Source of the DNA: Rozella allomycis CSF55
Taxonomy: Eukaryota
Assembly (NCBI GenBank): GCA_000442015.1
Contig: KE561068.1
Location: forward strand, 62,001-113,517
Direction of reading: 5' to 3'
Length of the DNA: 51,517 bases
Part shown: positions 13,074-25,806 of the stretch, one piece after another
Numbering within the stretch: the stretch's first letter is position 1
How the letters are laid out: each line of letters starts with the position of its first letter
Position numbers and translations under genes: made by a program
Notes under the pieces: generated by a model
What the model was told of the DNA's origin: nothing
The model's database searches: none
The model's input: only the letters and a program-made list of their open reading frames with translations

Positions 13074-16000
13074 TTATGAATCCTCTTCAGTCAACAACGC
13101 TCTAATACTCTTTACAATAGCTCCAACAGATGAATCGGCCTAATAAATTATATTTGATATACTTACCGGATAAGCTATATTTTTCAACAATGGTAACACA
13201 TGAATTTGGCAAGAATACTTGAAATCCTGTTTAGAATTCTGATCCAACAAGAGCAGAGAGAATTGCTTTGAATGTTTTTTGAAGCAAGGATGGTCTTTGA
13301 TATTTTCTAGTAAGAGATTCAAAGCGCATTCAATTGAGACTAGATTAATGAGAAGACAATTATTTACAGGCAATGTTATCGATTGTAGAGATTGTGTTTT
13401 GTTTTAAAGTAAAGAGTATTGAGATTGATTTGTTAATGTTGAAATCGTTTGACTGAATTAATAGTTTTGAATCTTCAATAGAGATAGATTGAGGGTTGTT
13501 TAGTTTAGAATCAATAAAAGATAAATCTTGTTTGAAAGAAATTTCCCAATGATAAAGAAAAGAGATTGAATCTAACAATAATTTAAGATTGAAGTTATTA
13601 GAGTTGAAATCATTTGAATCAAAACTTGGATTGAAGCTGAATGGAGAAATATTTAAATAAAAGAGAGAATTGAAAACAATTTCCAGTTTAGTTTTTAATA
13701 AATCATTTTCAAATTCATTTCTGCTTGGCATTCCAGTAATGTGAGGTCTAATCAACAAAGAAGATTCAATTTCTTCTTGATTGATTGGCAAAATATTCTT
13801 TTCAGTTAAACAAAAAGATAAATTGTTTAAAATTATTTCATCAAATGATTTTGGAACTTCAATTAGATTTGAATTTCTTAAGACTATTAGAATGTTTGAG
13901 ATTATTTTGATTAATTTGAGATTATTTAAACTTTTTATTTCAATTAAATAATTTTTGTTTTCTAGAATTAATTTTAATAAATTTGAATGAATTTTTTTTG
14001 TTGAAATTGAAATCATCAAAATTATTTCAAAATACGAAATTTCCAAATTATAGTTTTTAGAAATTTCAAATAAATTTAAAATTCCAAATTCTATCAATTT
14101 TTCACTTCCAATTAAATAATTTGATAATGAAAGAAAAAAGTTTAATTTAATTTCAAAAACTTGAATATTTTTTTCATTTTGACTATTTTTTATCAATAAA
14201 GAGAAATAGTTTCTAATTGACATTAAATTGAAGATTTTATCAATTAATTCATTTGGAAATTTCTCCATTATTTTAATCAAGAAATTTAAACAAAGACATT
14301 TAACAACTGGAATTGATTCTAAACAATCTGAAATTATTTTATCAAAATTATTAATCAATTCATTCATTATTTTATTATAATCCAATTTCAATTCCATCAA
14401 TTGATTCAACGTTGAATACAAAATAATCTTTTTTCTTGAAGTATTCAATCCATTCAACAACCAAACAAAGGTACTAGTACAAGTAGAACTATATCCAAGG
14501 GATACATTAGTAAACGTTGGTTGAGTATAATCTATACTATCTCTTCCACCTCTCCCATCTACATCTATACTATCAGTTTGCTCTTTAACAATGTTATTAA
14601 CAATGGCAGAAACACCTTCAATAGAAATATCAAAATAACTATTCTTCCTATTCTTCACCAAAAACATCAAACAATCATTAATCTCTCCTCTATTCAACCC
14701 ATGCAATGAAATAATATTAACCAACAAACAAAAATTATTCAACAAGAGCAAATTCCCCTTTTGCTTTTCAATCATTTGATTATAAATTAAAACTTGATTC
14801 AAAATTATTGAAACTTCACTCCCATTCACATTATTCTCTACTAAATTCTCGTGAATGCTCTTTATATCGTATATTAAACAGCCTCTATCATTCATCATCT
14901 TGAATCCCTCATATTCATTATTCTCTTCAATCAGATTCTCTTCCTGCTCAAACAAACTCATAAACTCCATTATCAAACTATTCTCTATTCCCTCATACAG
15001 AAGTTCCATCAAATGCTTCACTTTAATCAGTTGCTCTGTTATACTCCCGAAATGTATCATCAATCCAATCTGCTTCAAAAACCATCCACTCAAAAAGATC
15101 CCATCCAAACTTTTATCAAACTTCCATCCTTGCAACTCTTCTATAAACGCATCAAATAAATTCTGCAAAATTATCGTATTATTCGGCAACATCGTCAACT
15201 CTACTAAAAAATGCTGAATCTTTTCCTTCATTCTCACATCTCCCTGGTTCAACAATTCTTCAATCATATAATTCAACAATAAACAATTCTCATACTTAAA
15301 ATACCTATTCATCATTTCAAACTCACTCTTCTTTTTTATTCCCATCGCCCAATGAACTATATTCATAACATTTGGATACTTTTCTATCATTTTCAAAAAC
15401 AACTCAATAATCATAAACGAAACCTCGCCTCCCATCTTCAATGTTTCAATAAACCCTTCAACACTCTCATTCTCTATCACTTGCACTATTCTATGCACTC
15501 TTTGCTCAACTACACTAGCCTCACTCAACCACGCTATTATCTTAACAGCAATTCTACAAATCTCAACACTCATCTCTGGCTTAATCATTCTCACAACACC
15601 AACAACACTCTCAGGCTTCAAAAACATAATCTCATACATTTTATACCTCTCCAACACAATCTCTACTAAATTCATCGCTTTCAACGTACACTCTTCATCA
15701 TCATTCTCAACCAACGGATTCACAACCATCTTCACTATCATATCATTGCTCTTCAACTTTCCTATCAAATATTCACTAGCATTTCCTTTATCTCTCTTCA
15801 TTATCCAATAAAACATCTCCAAACAATTGCCAATGATTTCATTCTTTTCCTTTTCTTGTCTAAATCCCAAATAATTCACTTTCAAGAATATATTCATAAC
15901 AACAAACTCTACAAATGGTACTATCCCTGGTATTCTAGATCCAGCTCCCAAACCCTCTGGTATCACCTGTTTAATCAACATTGTCAACAATTTAATAAAT

Positions 16001-17850
16001 GACTTCATAAATGGATACGTTTCATTCCTCATTTCAATTTCAAAATCAATTGCGATGGAATTCATTGAATCTCCCACAGGCAACAATTGCGCCATTTCTA
16101 AATAAGTCCAAATCTGAATCGCTATTTCTGGAGTTCCAGAAAAACTACAAATAGCTTCAACTATCATTGCTTTCACTGAACATGGAACTCTAGTCCCAAG
16201 TAAATTAAACAACAAATAAACAACCTTCCATTGCATATTCTCAAATATCGTTATCCTAGCAGCCACTGAATAACTACAAACATTCTTCAACACTATCAAA
16301 AACGATTCTAAAACTGGTATATCCTGCGGCGACAAATCTTGATTCAAATTGTTTCTTAAAAATTGATTACAATTATTCAATGTATAAAGCATATGATTCC
16401 ATGATAAAACTGGATTCAATGGCGTAAAATTTGCACTTGATCCAAAGAACTCATGAACTGCCATTGCACATCTTTCTCCAATAGCTAAACTACCAATCAC
16501 TTGTAAATACATTGGTAAAATATTCACAGATCTTGTATCACCAGCCATCTTTATAAATTGATACAATTTTCCATCTTTGTTCCAAAACACTAACCCACTC
16601 TCTGGTCTCTGAAACACTTTTGCAATCAATTCTAAAAACAGCTCAAAATATCTATTCTCATTCTTCTTAACAGCTTCATCTTCCTCTTGCATTGTCTTCA
16701 ATTTCTTTATAGCCCTAGAAAAGTTTTCAATCAATCCAACCACAAATTCTTCCAACATTGATTTAATATAATCATGAACTAGCGCAGACTCTATCTGAGC
16801 ATTATTAAATGAATTCAATATCCAAACAAACACATCCCCTTCAATACATGAATTAAACATTGAAGCCAACTTTTCTTCATTCATACCAATTAACTGGTCA
16901 ATTTCAGTTCCTTTAACATCTCTAGCAACCTGCACATACAATGCCCATTGCAACTGCGCAATCTTATTCATTTTACCAATCTTCTCCCCAATCCTCTTCA
17001 AAAACTCAACTCCAAACAATCCACTATTAGCCTTTTCCTCACTCGGCGTAAAATCCAAAGAAGCCATCAAACAATACACACCAATAACACTCTCATTTAC
17101 ACTCAACCAATCAACCAAAGACTCAATCTCCTTTTCATCAAACTGTCTCTGGTAGCTAATCTGAAACAAAACATACATCAACATTGTCCTCTCTTCCTCC
17201 AAACTCATCACATGTCTCGCATGCACATTCTCTCCAAACACCCCAAACCTACTCTCCTTGCTAACACTCTCCATCCTCTTCGCCTTTTCGCCCAGCACCC
17301 TATACATCCCAAGAATCATCTCCACAATCCCGCTCCCATCCTCGCTCTTCGCAAGCACACGCCCCATAAACCCATCCAGCACATACCTCAGCCCAGCATT
17401 CACATTCCCATCCGTTGACCCAACACACACATCATACATACACAGCAACATACTCATCCTCTCCCCATGATACATATTCATCACCCCCTCAACCACATTC
17501 CCGCCACCCCGCGGAATCTGCAAAACAGCATTCAACAACTCACAACAACTAAGCTCGTTCAACTCCAAATAGTCGCTAATCAGGAGAGCCAACTGCCGGA
17601 ACTCTTTCGTCGCACTAATACTAAAACCACTCGGTAGACTAATAACACTGCCCTCGCTCTCAACACTTTTGCGGTCCTTGGCACTGCGCGACGCATTCTT
17701 CAACACTTGGCGGAATTTCGGCTCCAGATGATGCAGAAGCGTGCTCAGTGTATGAAGATCACTAGAATCGATCTCGCGCTGCGGATAGAGTCGGCGAAGA
17801 AGCGTAGAAAGATACTGAAAAGGTCGAGATAACTGTTCTAAATTTACCAT
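13074..17850 (-). CDS. NUP192: Nucleoporin Nup192/Nup205; one 4.5-kb exon plus two short 3' exons
   Basis: ALLISDYLELNELSCCELL, EIEMRNETYPFMKSFIKLL and IPEGLGAGSRIPGIVPFVEFV match Nup205-family motifs. 28- and 27-nt introns extend the frame to TAA at 13074. Confidence 0.85.
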
Positions 17851-18122
17851 GACCAGGGTTAAATGTTAGGGAGACTAGGAATCGTACTTGCTTGGACTGT
17901 GATACAGAAACAGAAGATTGGAAGTGAACTTTGAAAAAAAATAAAGCTTCAAAGTATAATATTGTAGGAACCTGGCAAGTTATGCTGATTATTGGACAAT
18001 TATTTCCGCCAGAATAAGTCGACCGTCGAAAGTACTTACATAGTCTGTTTTAATTTATAAATAAATAAAATAAAAATGTTAAAAAAAGGATCTAAATACC
18101 ATTCCATGGCAAAGGACAAAAA

Positions 18123-18169
18123 AGGGCACGGCCGGAATTGAACCAGCGACCATTCGATCTGCAGTCGAA
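18123..18169 (-). tRNA. Partial tRNA-Cys(GCA), 3' 47 nt, cut by N at 18170
   Basis: Identical to the 3' part of the tRNA at 19949-20020, with a different downstream flank. Confidence 0.8.
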
Positions 18170-18170
18170 N

Positions 18171-18610
18171 ACCGCTTTCGCGATTCGTAATGCGTCTGAT
18201 GGCTTATTGAGTGAAGGCGATGATCAACAGAACTATTTTCGCGAAAACGGTAGAAAAGACAGAGCATTGGCCAACAAAAGAATCGCAAGAGAAATGATTG
18301 AAACAAAGCGATGGGCCTTAATGAATGAAGCACTACAAAACGATGCAGATATCTTAGATAATAAGAAAAAGAAATCACAAATAACTAAGCATAGTGTAGG
18401 ATACAATTTGATAAATTTTTCTCCCTCTGAAAATGAAAAAGAAGCGATTGATTTAAAAAAGGTAAAGGGCTGATTAAACTATACTAGATGCTCCTCAAAA
18501 ACAGATCAATGAAATTGTATTACAAGAACAACACGTTAAATCCAATCACAGGCTTGGAGATTAAGTCGAACGATAATATAGAAGACGATAAATGGCATAG
18601 ACGATACTAA
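18171..18610 (+). CDS. 3' end of a hypothetical gene whose 5' part is lost at the N gap
   Basis: Open frame from the N; 26-nt intron 18462-18487; last exon MLLKNRSMKLYYKNNTLNPITGLE...RRY*. Confidence 0.6.
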
Positions 18611-18657
18611 TTAAACTAGTGCATTAATCACTGATTTTTTTTGTTTTCAAATTATCA

Positions 18658-19817
18658 TTATTTATTTTTACGGTTCGCATATTTTGGAAAGTGCCTCTTG
18701 ATGTTGTAAAACTTCCCGATAGCTTTAGCAAGTTTTCCCCACTTCGTCTTTGGTAGTTTATTCTTTTTTCTTCCACTTGAGCTTCCATTAGGATGATCAC
18801 ATGCGTTCATGGCAAGGCCTCTCACACTTGGACGAATCCCCAGATGTCTTGATTTTCCAGCTTTTCCAAGATCAACATTTTGCCATTCAGGATTACTGAC
18901 AGTTCCAATCACAGCGCGACAATTGATATGAAACTCCTTTGTAAAACCAGAGGGCATTTTAATATACGCGATCTCCTTCTCCAGATCTTTGGATAACAGC
19001 GTAGCCGACGTTCCAGCCGCGCGTACAAATATAGCGCCTGATCCAGGTACTTTTTCAATGCTACAAATAGTGGTTCCATCTGTTATATTTTTAAGCTCTA
19101 TCATGTTGCCTTCATTTCCTTCTTTGCCATTGGTTATAATTTGTCCTTTTTTAAGGCCGTTTGTAGCTAGAATATAGGATAACTCGTCGGTAACCATATT
19201 TCGTACCAGTGCTATATGGGCAGTTCTAAGTGGATCATAGTCGATTCTTTCAACGATCTGAGGCTCAGTTACTTCCCTCCATCGATCAAGCAACCTAATA
19301 CGTTGTTTATGACCGCCCCCTATATGGCGCACTGTGATTTTACCCTATAATGCGATCTTATCAATTTTACCGTGCGGTTTCTCCCTCCCGATTTAAACTT
19401 GCGAAAAGTCAAATGCCTGGGTACTAATTGACCGTCTACAGACGTAATATCTCTTGCTCTGTATTCTACTGGCAAAACTTGCTTATGCCTAATTAATTTT
19501 GCCGCTTGTATATATTGGGATCCATTCAAATAATTCTTAAGTTTTCCTTCTTTAATTAAGGACGCAAGTATTTCTTGTTCATTCGTTGGAATTTCTAAAG
19601 GAAACTTCGGTACTGGTATAGGTTCCAGGTACGTCTGATATCTTCGCCTTGCCTTCTGGACTTCCCTGAGCAAGTTTAGAAGTTGAGGATCTGCTTCTGC
19701 GGGATTTTTAAACGCACTAGTTAGATAGTTATTGATAGTTATTGATGTTGAAAAATTAGACCTTAATGCAAAATTGACGAATGCTTTCATTGACAGTATT
19801 GTTTGCAAGGGTTTCAT
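18658..19817 (-). CDS. MRPL2: Mitochondrial ribosomal protein uL2m
   Basis: SGGRNRT|GKITVRHIGGGHK (26-nt intron 19345-19370), YDPLRTAHIAL, RPSVRGLAMNACDHP; N-terminal presequence-like extension. Confidence 0.93.
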
Positions 19818-19948
19818 GATTCATCAGTAACCCAAAAGCATAACTAGTGGAAATTTGACAAAAATTTTTTAATCCTAATTCTTGATGATTTTACATTTAA
19901 GTTTAAGAAATATAAAGGCGTGAAAAAATAACAACAAAAAGTGATAAA

Positions 19949-20020
19949 AGGGCACGGCCGGAATTGAACCAGCGACCATTCGATCTGCAGTCGAAAGCTC
20001 TGCCACTGAGCTACTTACCC
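19949..20020 (-). tRNA. tRNA-Cys(GCA), intronless, 72 nt
   Basis: GGGTAAGTAGCTCAGTGGCAGAGC TTTCGACTGCAGATCGAA TGGTCGCTGGTTCAATTCCGGCCGTGCCCT. A and B boxes, U73 discriminator, downstream T-run; one A6:G67 mismatch. Confidence 0.93.
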
Positions 20021-20197
20021 TATGAAGAAGAATAAATTCATAATAATTATTAGTAATCTTAGTGATTGATGGACATCATTTGGTATTCAAGTTAGAATGC
20101 GAATTATGGTAATAAATTTTTTGATTATTATAATTATTTACATCTTTATTTATTCACATTGTGTTTTGTGAAATTTCGATTGTTTGTTTACAAGTTC

Positions 20198-22806
20198 ATG
20201 GCAATATATCGATTGAAGGAGTTGATAAAGTCCATTCGTGCCTGCAAAACAGCTGCAGATGAGCGAGCCCTTATAGCAAAAGAGAGTGCTGCAATAAGAA
20301 CAGCGTTAAAAGAGGACAACTTGGATAATAGGTATTACAATGTTGCAAAACTTTTGTACATACACATGCTGAATTATCCTGCACATTTTGGCCAAATAGA
20401 GTGTCTTAAACTAGTTAGCTCACCCAGATTCGCTCATAAACGCCTTGGTTATCTTGGAATTATGATGTTACTTGATGAGAATCAAGAGGTATTGATGTTG
20501 GTGACAAATTCCCTAAAAAGGTGGAAGAAATTAATGTATAAAATAGTGATATGAACAATTCTAATATGTACATTGTTGGTCTTGCCTTGTGTACCCTTGG
20601 GAATATCTCATCTGTTGAGATGGCTAGGGATTTGTGCGGAGAAGTTGAAAGATTGCTTGGATCTTCTAATTCATATATTAGAAAAAAGGTAATACTGATG
20701 GCTGAATGCAATAGGCGGCCTTGTGTGCATTGAGGATAGTTAGAAAGGTTCCCGACTTGTATGAAAATTTTGTCAGTCGATGTCGAACTTTGTTAAATGA
20801 AAGAAATCATGGTGTGTTGATGACTGGTATCACTTTGATAACTGAACAGTGTTTGATTCACAAAGATTCCTTGAATGAGTATAGAAAGGTTAGTAATTCC
20901 TTTGTTGCTAATAGATGGTACCGAGTATTGTGAGACACTTGAAGTCCCTTATCTCTGGACAAAGTTCCAGTGAACATGATGTTGGGGGAGTCGCAGATCC
21001 ATTTTTACAAATAAAGATTTTGAGACTACTGAGAATTCTTGGGAGCGCTGATGCAGAGTCATCAGAGCAAATGAATGATATTTTGGCGCAAGTAAAATTA
21101 CAATTGAAATATTTAAAGGTTGCTACTAACACTGAAAGCTCAAAAAACGTTGGCAACGCCATTCTATATGAAGCGGTTTTAACTATTCTGAATATCCAAG
21201 CTGATAATTCGTTGAGAGTTATGGCGATTAACATACTTGGTAGGTTTTTAACAAACAAGGATAACAATATCCGCTATGTAGCATTGAATACTCTGACAAA
21301 GACAATAGACATTGGTAACGCCATTTAAGTGGCTTCACGAAAGATAATAATGCAGTTCAACGCCATAGGAATATAATTATAGAATGTCTCAGGGATGCTG
21401 ATATTTCTATTAAAAGGAGAGCATTGGAACTTGCTTTTGCGCTGATCAATGAAAACACTATTAGAGTTTTGGCCAGAGAACTTTTGTTATTTTTGGAAGT
21501 GGCTGATAATGAGTTTAAGGCATCCATGGTTTCCAAAATATGCCAATCAGCTGATAAATATTCACCTAATACTAGATGGTACATTGACACAGTTTTAAGA
21601 ACCTTTTCAATTGCAGGTGATTTTGCAAAGGAAGAAGCAATCTTTAATTTACTTAAAACAATAGGACATGCAAAAGAAATTCAAGCTTATGCGACTTGCC
21701 AATTCTTTCAAACAATGCAGTCTGGAAATTTGCAAGTATAATGCATTTTGATTTATTAAATCCAGGAAGGGCTAGTTTTGTCTTCCCTTTGGTTAGTTGG
21801 TGAATTTGGGGAAGTTTTATTGAATGGTGGAAAAATAGAAGATGAAGATCTGGCAAAGGTAACAAAACTATTTATGGATTATATAAGTATACTGAAGATG
21901 AAGTGATTGGAGTTGTTTCTTCCATTTTGAATACTTCTGATCAATTAGCAAAGCAATACGCAATCACTGCTTTGGTTAAATTATCTTCACGATTTAAAAA
22001 TTCTTCAAATGAAATAAGATCTTTAATCTCAAAGTTCCAAAGCAGTCTTGACGTTGAATTACAGCAAAGATCAGTTGAATATTCGAGTCTTTTGTCTCTT
22101 GAATCTGCTATTAAGTATTATATGTTTTATTCGTTAAAAAAGAAACTCTATTTTGGAAAATATTCCGCCAGCCCCAATAAACAAGGAAGACATTGGGCAT
22201 TCTAAAGAAAATGATGATAAAATTACTAAAACAAAGAATGAAACAGCTGACGTATTTTTTACTCTTGCATAATTATTCTAGTTTTTACTTGAACTTGAAT
22301 CACTTGGGCTAGGAGGAGCAAATCAAACGATTTCAAAACAATCAAAACCTGAAGCAACATTAGATTTAATGGCAGATATATTTGGCCAAACAATCACGTC
22401 CAAGTCACCAGCAGTGCAATCTTTTCAGGTCTACAACAATAACGGCCTTGTCATTACATTTGATCCGTTAAAAGACTCGGCTGGTAACGTAAACATTGAC
22501 GTAAAGTTTCAAAACAACTCCTCTATTATGATTTCCGATTTTCTTTTTCAAGCAGCTGTGCCGAAAGTAAGTGATGGTTAGTGAAAATGATAGTCTATGA
22601 AATTACAACTATTGCCTCCTTCTGGATCTGTCATTTTACCTTCAAACATTATAAATCAGCAAATGAAAGTATCCAATCCTTCAAATGTAATGTTAATTTA
22701 GCTAGAATTATAGGCACCCTTGAAATTTCGTCTAAAGTGGACTTTTATTGCAAACAATTCACAAGCTGGTGACCAAATTGACTATTCCTTTCCCATTCAG
22801 ATATAA
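20198..22806 (+). CDS. APL4: AP-1 complex gamma adaptin; 11 introns of 26-30 nt
   Basis: [60 protein letters not shown] ear [15 protein letters not shown]. Confidence 0.96.
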
Positions 22807-22847
22807 CTCTCAATAAATGTTTTCAACGCTGCGCCACTATTTTTCTA

Positions 22848-23332
22848 ATGGATTCAAATATTTTGTTTGATGATTACTTTGAGGTTAGAGACATAAATCC
22901 AGAAGGGAAAAAATTTGATAAAGGTATTTCGTTACTGTAAACATTATAGTCTCCCGACTCATTGGAAAAACTGAAAACTACGATATGGATCTTATTTTAG
23001 ACGTAAATACCGAAATCTATCCTATGTCTATAAAGGAAAGATTTCATTTAAGCCTTTCCCACTCACTTTCTCTTGATGGAACTCCAGACGATGGCACTTT
23101 TGATCCCCAAGCTAACGACATGCTTGCGGATAGCTATGATTACGTCATGTTTGGTAAAATTTATAAATATGAGCCAGTTGCCTCAGGAAAAGTGTAAAAC
23201 TTAAACTTATTTCAATATAGCGCTGTGTATATATCATATGGTGGTCTTTTGATGCGCCTCGAGGGCGAATTGAGACATTTAAGTAGCTTGAATATTGGAT
23301 CAAACATATATCTTTTAATTAAAAAAATATAA
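22848..23332 (+). CDS. RPB8: RNA polymerase I/II/III subunit RPABC3; 2 introns
   Basis: LFDDYFEV..PEGKKFDKVSRL, LDVNTEIYP, LADSYDYVMFGKIY, YISYGGLLMRLEG. Confidence 0.96.
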
Positions 23333-23387
23333 ATAAACACACCTTTAAAGTTTATTATTAGGTTTTGTTTGTTTACTCTTTCGTGAT

Positions 23388-24660
23388 ATGAATAACAAAT
23401 TGGGTAGAAGAGTAGCCAGCACTAATCCTTCCAACGCGCACATAGATCTGAAGAATGCAAAATCGGTCATGAAAAGCAAAGTCAATTGTCAAGCAAAGAG
23501 TACAAAAACTCAAAAGTTTAAAGCGAAAAGTAATCTTGAGGTCTCAAACACTAAACCATCACGTTTTAACTCATTGACCCTTAAACCAAAAACTACCTTA
23601 GCTCGTGAAGTTATTGCAAAATACAAAAGGCTCCTTTGTAAAACGTCAGGAAAAGATGAGGACACAATCATGGAAATCTTAAAGTTGCTTTTCACCTATG
23701 GCATACCCAGCTCATATCAAGTAAAAATCTATATGGAGATAAATAGTCTGATAAGAATTCGTTGCGATCAGCCGTTTGGCGCCAAATACTGACAAGAAAC
23801 ATCAAAATAAGCGCTGACTATTATATCACATTGTGCGAATCCAATATTCCAGAGTTATATCATAAAATTGATAATGATGCATGCCGCACCATGCCAGAAA
23901 CATTGAGAAGATGTGGGAGATCAACAGAAATGGTCGCTCGCGTCTTAAATGCATTCACTATTCACGCAAAAAGTATAAGTTAAATGGAACTCTATATCAG
24001 ATACTCTTGAGAAATATACTGACTTGCAATTAAAATTCGGCTACATTCAAGGAATGAATGTAATCTTAGCTCCATTTCTTTGCATTATGCCAGAGTTGGA
24101 TGCTTTCTATTGTTTTTCCACGTTTATACAGCATATTGCCCCTATGTATTTTCAACCTCATATTGAAGGGTCCATTTGCGGCATCCAAGTAAGCTTTGTA
24201 ATTCTTGACTAAGTAGCTGTTACGAATAGTCATAAAAGTTCTAAACGATGACTATTTTAATGAAGTATCAAAGATCGGAGAATGGGAAATATTCAATCCA
24301 AGTAACAATATATCTTTACCCAAAAGAAGTGATATTATCTTTCTGCGCGAGTATTGAACCCTTGGATGAGTTATTCATTCTTTGGGATTACTTCATGGCA
24401 AGAGGCTTTCATTACAACATATATGCTGTAGCTGCAATGATACTTTTCGCGCACTCAGAAGTGTATTAACCATATTTTCCGTTTACGTTAGCACACAGCT
24501 TAGAAATTGGACCTTAAAAAGCAAATCGTACATTAAAATAATCGAAACTAGAATAATACCAATATTAGATAATGATTTGCGTAGCCTTGTTTCCAGACAC
24601 TTGTATGATTCTACAGTAATGTCAGACGTGGCCAAATACAAAGCGAAGATATGCATATAG
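23388..24660 (+). CDS. BUB2: Bub2/Cdc16-like TBC (Rab-GAP) protein; 5 introns
   Basis: LRSAVW, KIDNDACRT (R finger), RVLNAF, GYIQGMNVILAPFL (Q finger), LWDYFMARGFH. Confidence 0.75.
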
Positions 24661-24751
24661 AATAGTACCTCAAAATCTTAGGAAATAAAAAATGCTTATT
24701 GTGATTATAATTAGTCAAATAGTAACTTTTGAAATCAAAGTTTATAGTGTT

Positions 24752-24977
24752 TCAAATTAATGAACAACCAACGGAAGGTTTCTTTAGAAAGGGATTATCG
24801 CCACCTCCTTTCACCAAAGGATCTGTAGTAGACTCAGTGTACTTTCTTAGACTAAATTTGAACATTCTTATGTATTTACGCCAAAGCAGCCTCGGAAACT
24901 GGTATTCTTGGCATGTCCAATTCTTCTTTTAACCTTTGATTTAATTGTATCAATTTCTGCAATTTTAATTCAGACAT
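24752..24977 (-). CDS. Heterotrimeric G-protein gamma subunit (not in the ORF track)
   Basis: Spliced over one 28-nt intron: MSELKLQKLIQLNQRLKEELDMPRIPVSEAALALRKYTESTTDPLVKGGGDNPFLKKPSVGCSLI*. GGL motifs RIPVSEA/DPLV/NPF and CaaX box CSLI. Confidence 0.92.
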
Positions 24978-25806
24978 TTCTGTCTCCCGAGATCATTAAA
25001 TGATTACCTTCTACGTAGAGTCAAAACAAATGTGTTGCCAGGGAAATTTCATAATCTCATATCTTCCAGTAGCAAAATGTACATACTGGAGGGGAAAGAA
25101 TTGACAAAGTCACAATAAGGATTTTGATAGACAGGAAAGTGATAAAGTGATTTTCCAGAATATGGAGTGATGGCAACTGAATTTACAATTGAAGGAAATA
25201 TCAATATCTAGATTCCAAAGTCAAAGGACAAAGATATTTAGTTGTAACTTGTAAAATTGTATAATGATTATAGCCTATAGGTTTTCATTTCTTGATTAAT
25301 CTTTTCATGCTGCTAATTAAATGTGAATGTCATTAAATAGTTATCAAAAATGATTAATATGACTAAATATTCGCTGAAGTTTTCCAGAGACTATTTAATT
25401 CGTTTCTGTTCCCTTCCATAGCAGTAACAGCACTATTGGCGGTTTGGAATGTTCAAACATGGTTTAATAAAAAATGTAAATCATTGAAATTTGAAATATT
25501 GTCAATTATACCTTTGGTCCTTTTGGTATATAAATTTATTCGTAGGAGCAGCTTAAGGTTCACGGCCACTGAATTAGCTGCCAGTGATTTTTTTCCGATT
25601 TTTTACTCGCGCCTTGCATTAAAAAATGAATTGCGTTCGCATCAACTGGTTGTTTTTAAAGCTTGTATTCGCTTCGCTCACATTAATAGATTTACAAATG
25701 TTTAGTTAGCACTATTCTTGACAAAATCCAAGTCTAAAGCAAAAAGAACGTTTAAATAGATTCTATTTCATGTTTCAACTCTAGAATTTGGTAACACGAA
25801 ATTTCC

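Noticed and set aside
14461-14580. Odd low-complexity insert in Nup192 (DSIDVDGRGGRDSIDY...)
   Set aside because: In frame, no terminal repeats or intein motifs; probably a loop expansion.
612-17470. Plus-strand ORFs opposite TOR and Nup192 (612-899, 5565-5984, 16948-17418 and others)
   Set aside because: Antisense shadows favoured by the C/A-rich skew; no domain features.
18123-18200. tRNA-derived SINE, integration site or tRNA-ORF fusion (ORF 18138-18473)
   Set aside because: tRNA identity stops exactly at the N (18170); best explained as a scaffold join.
25065-25090. Hairpin TCCAGTA-N12-TACTGGA as SECIS or ncRNA
   Set aside because: Only a 7-bp stem, no SECIS core, no in-frame TGA selenoprotein nearby.
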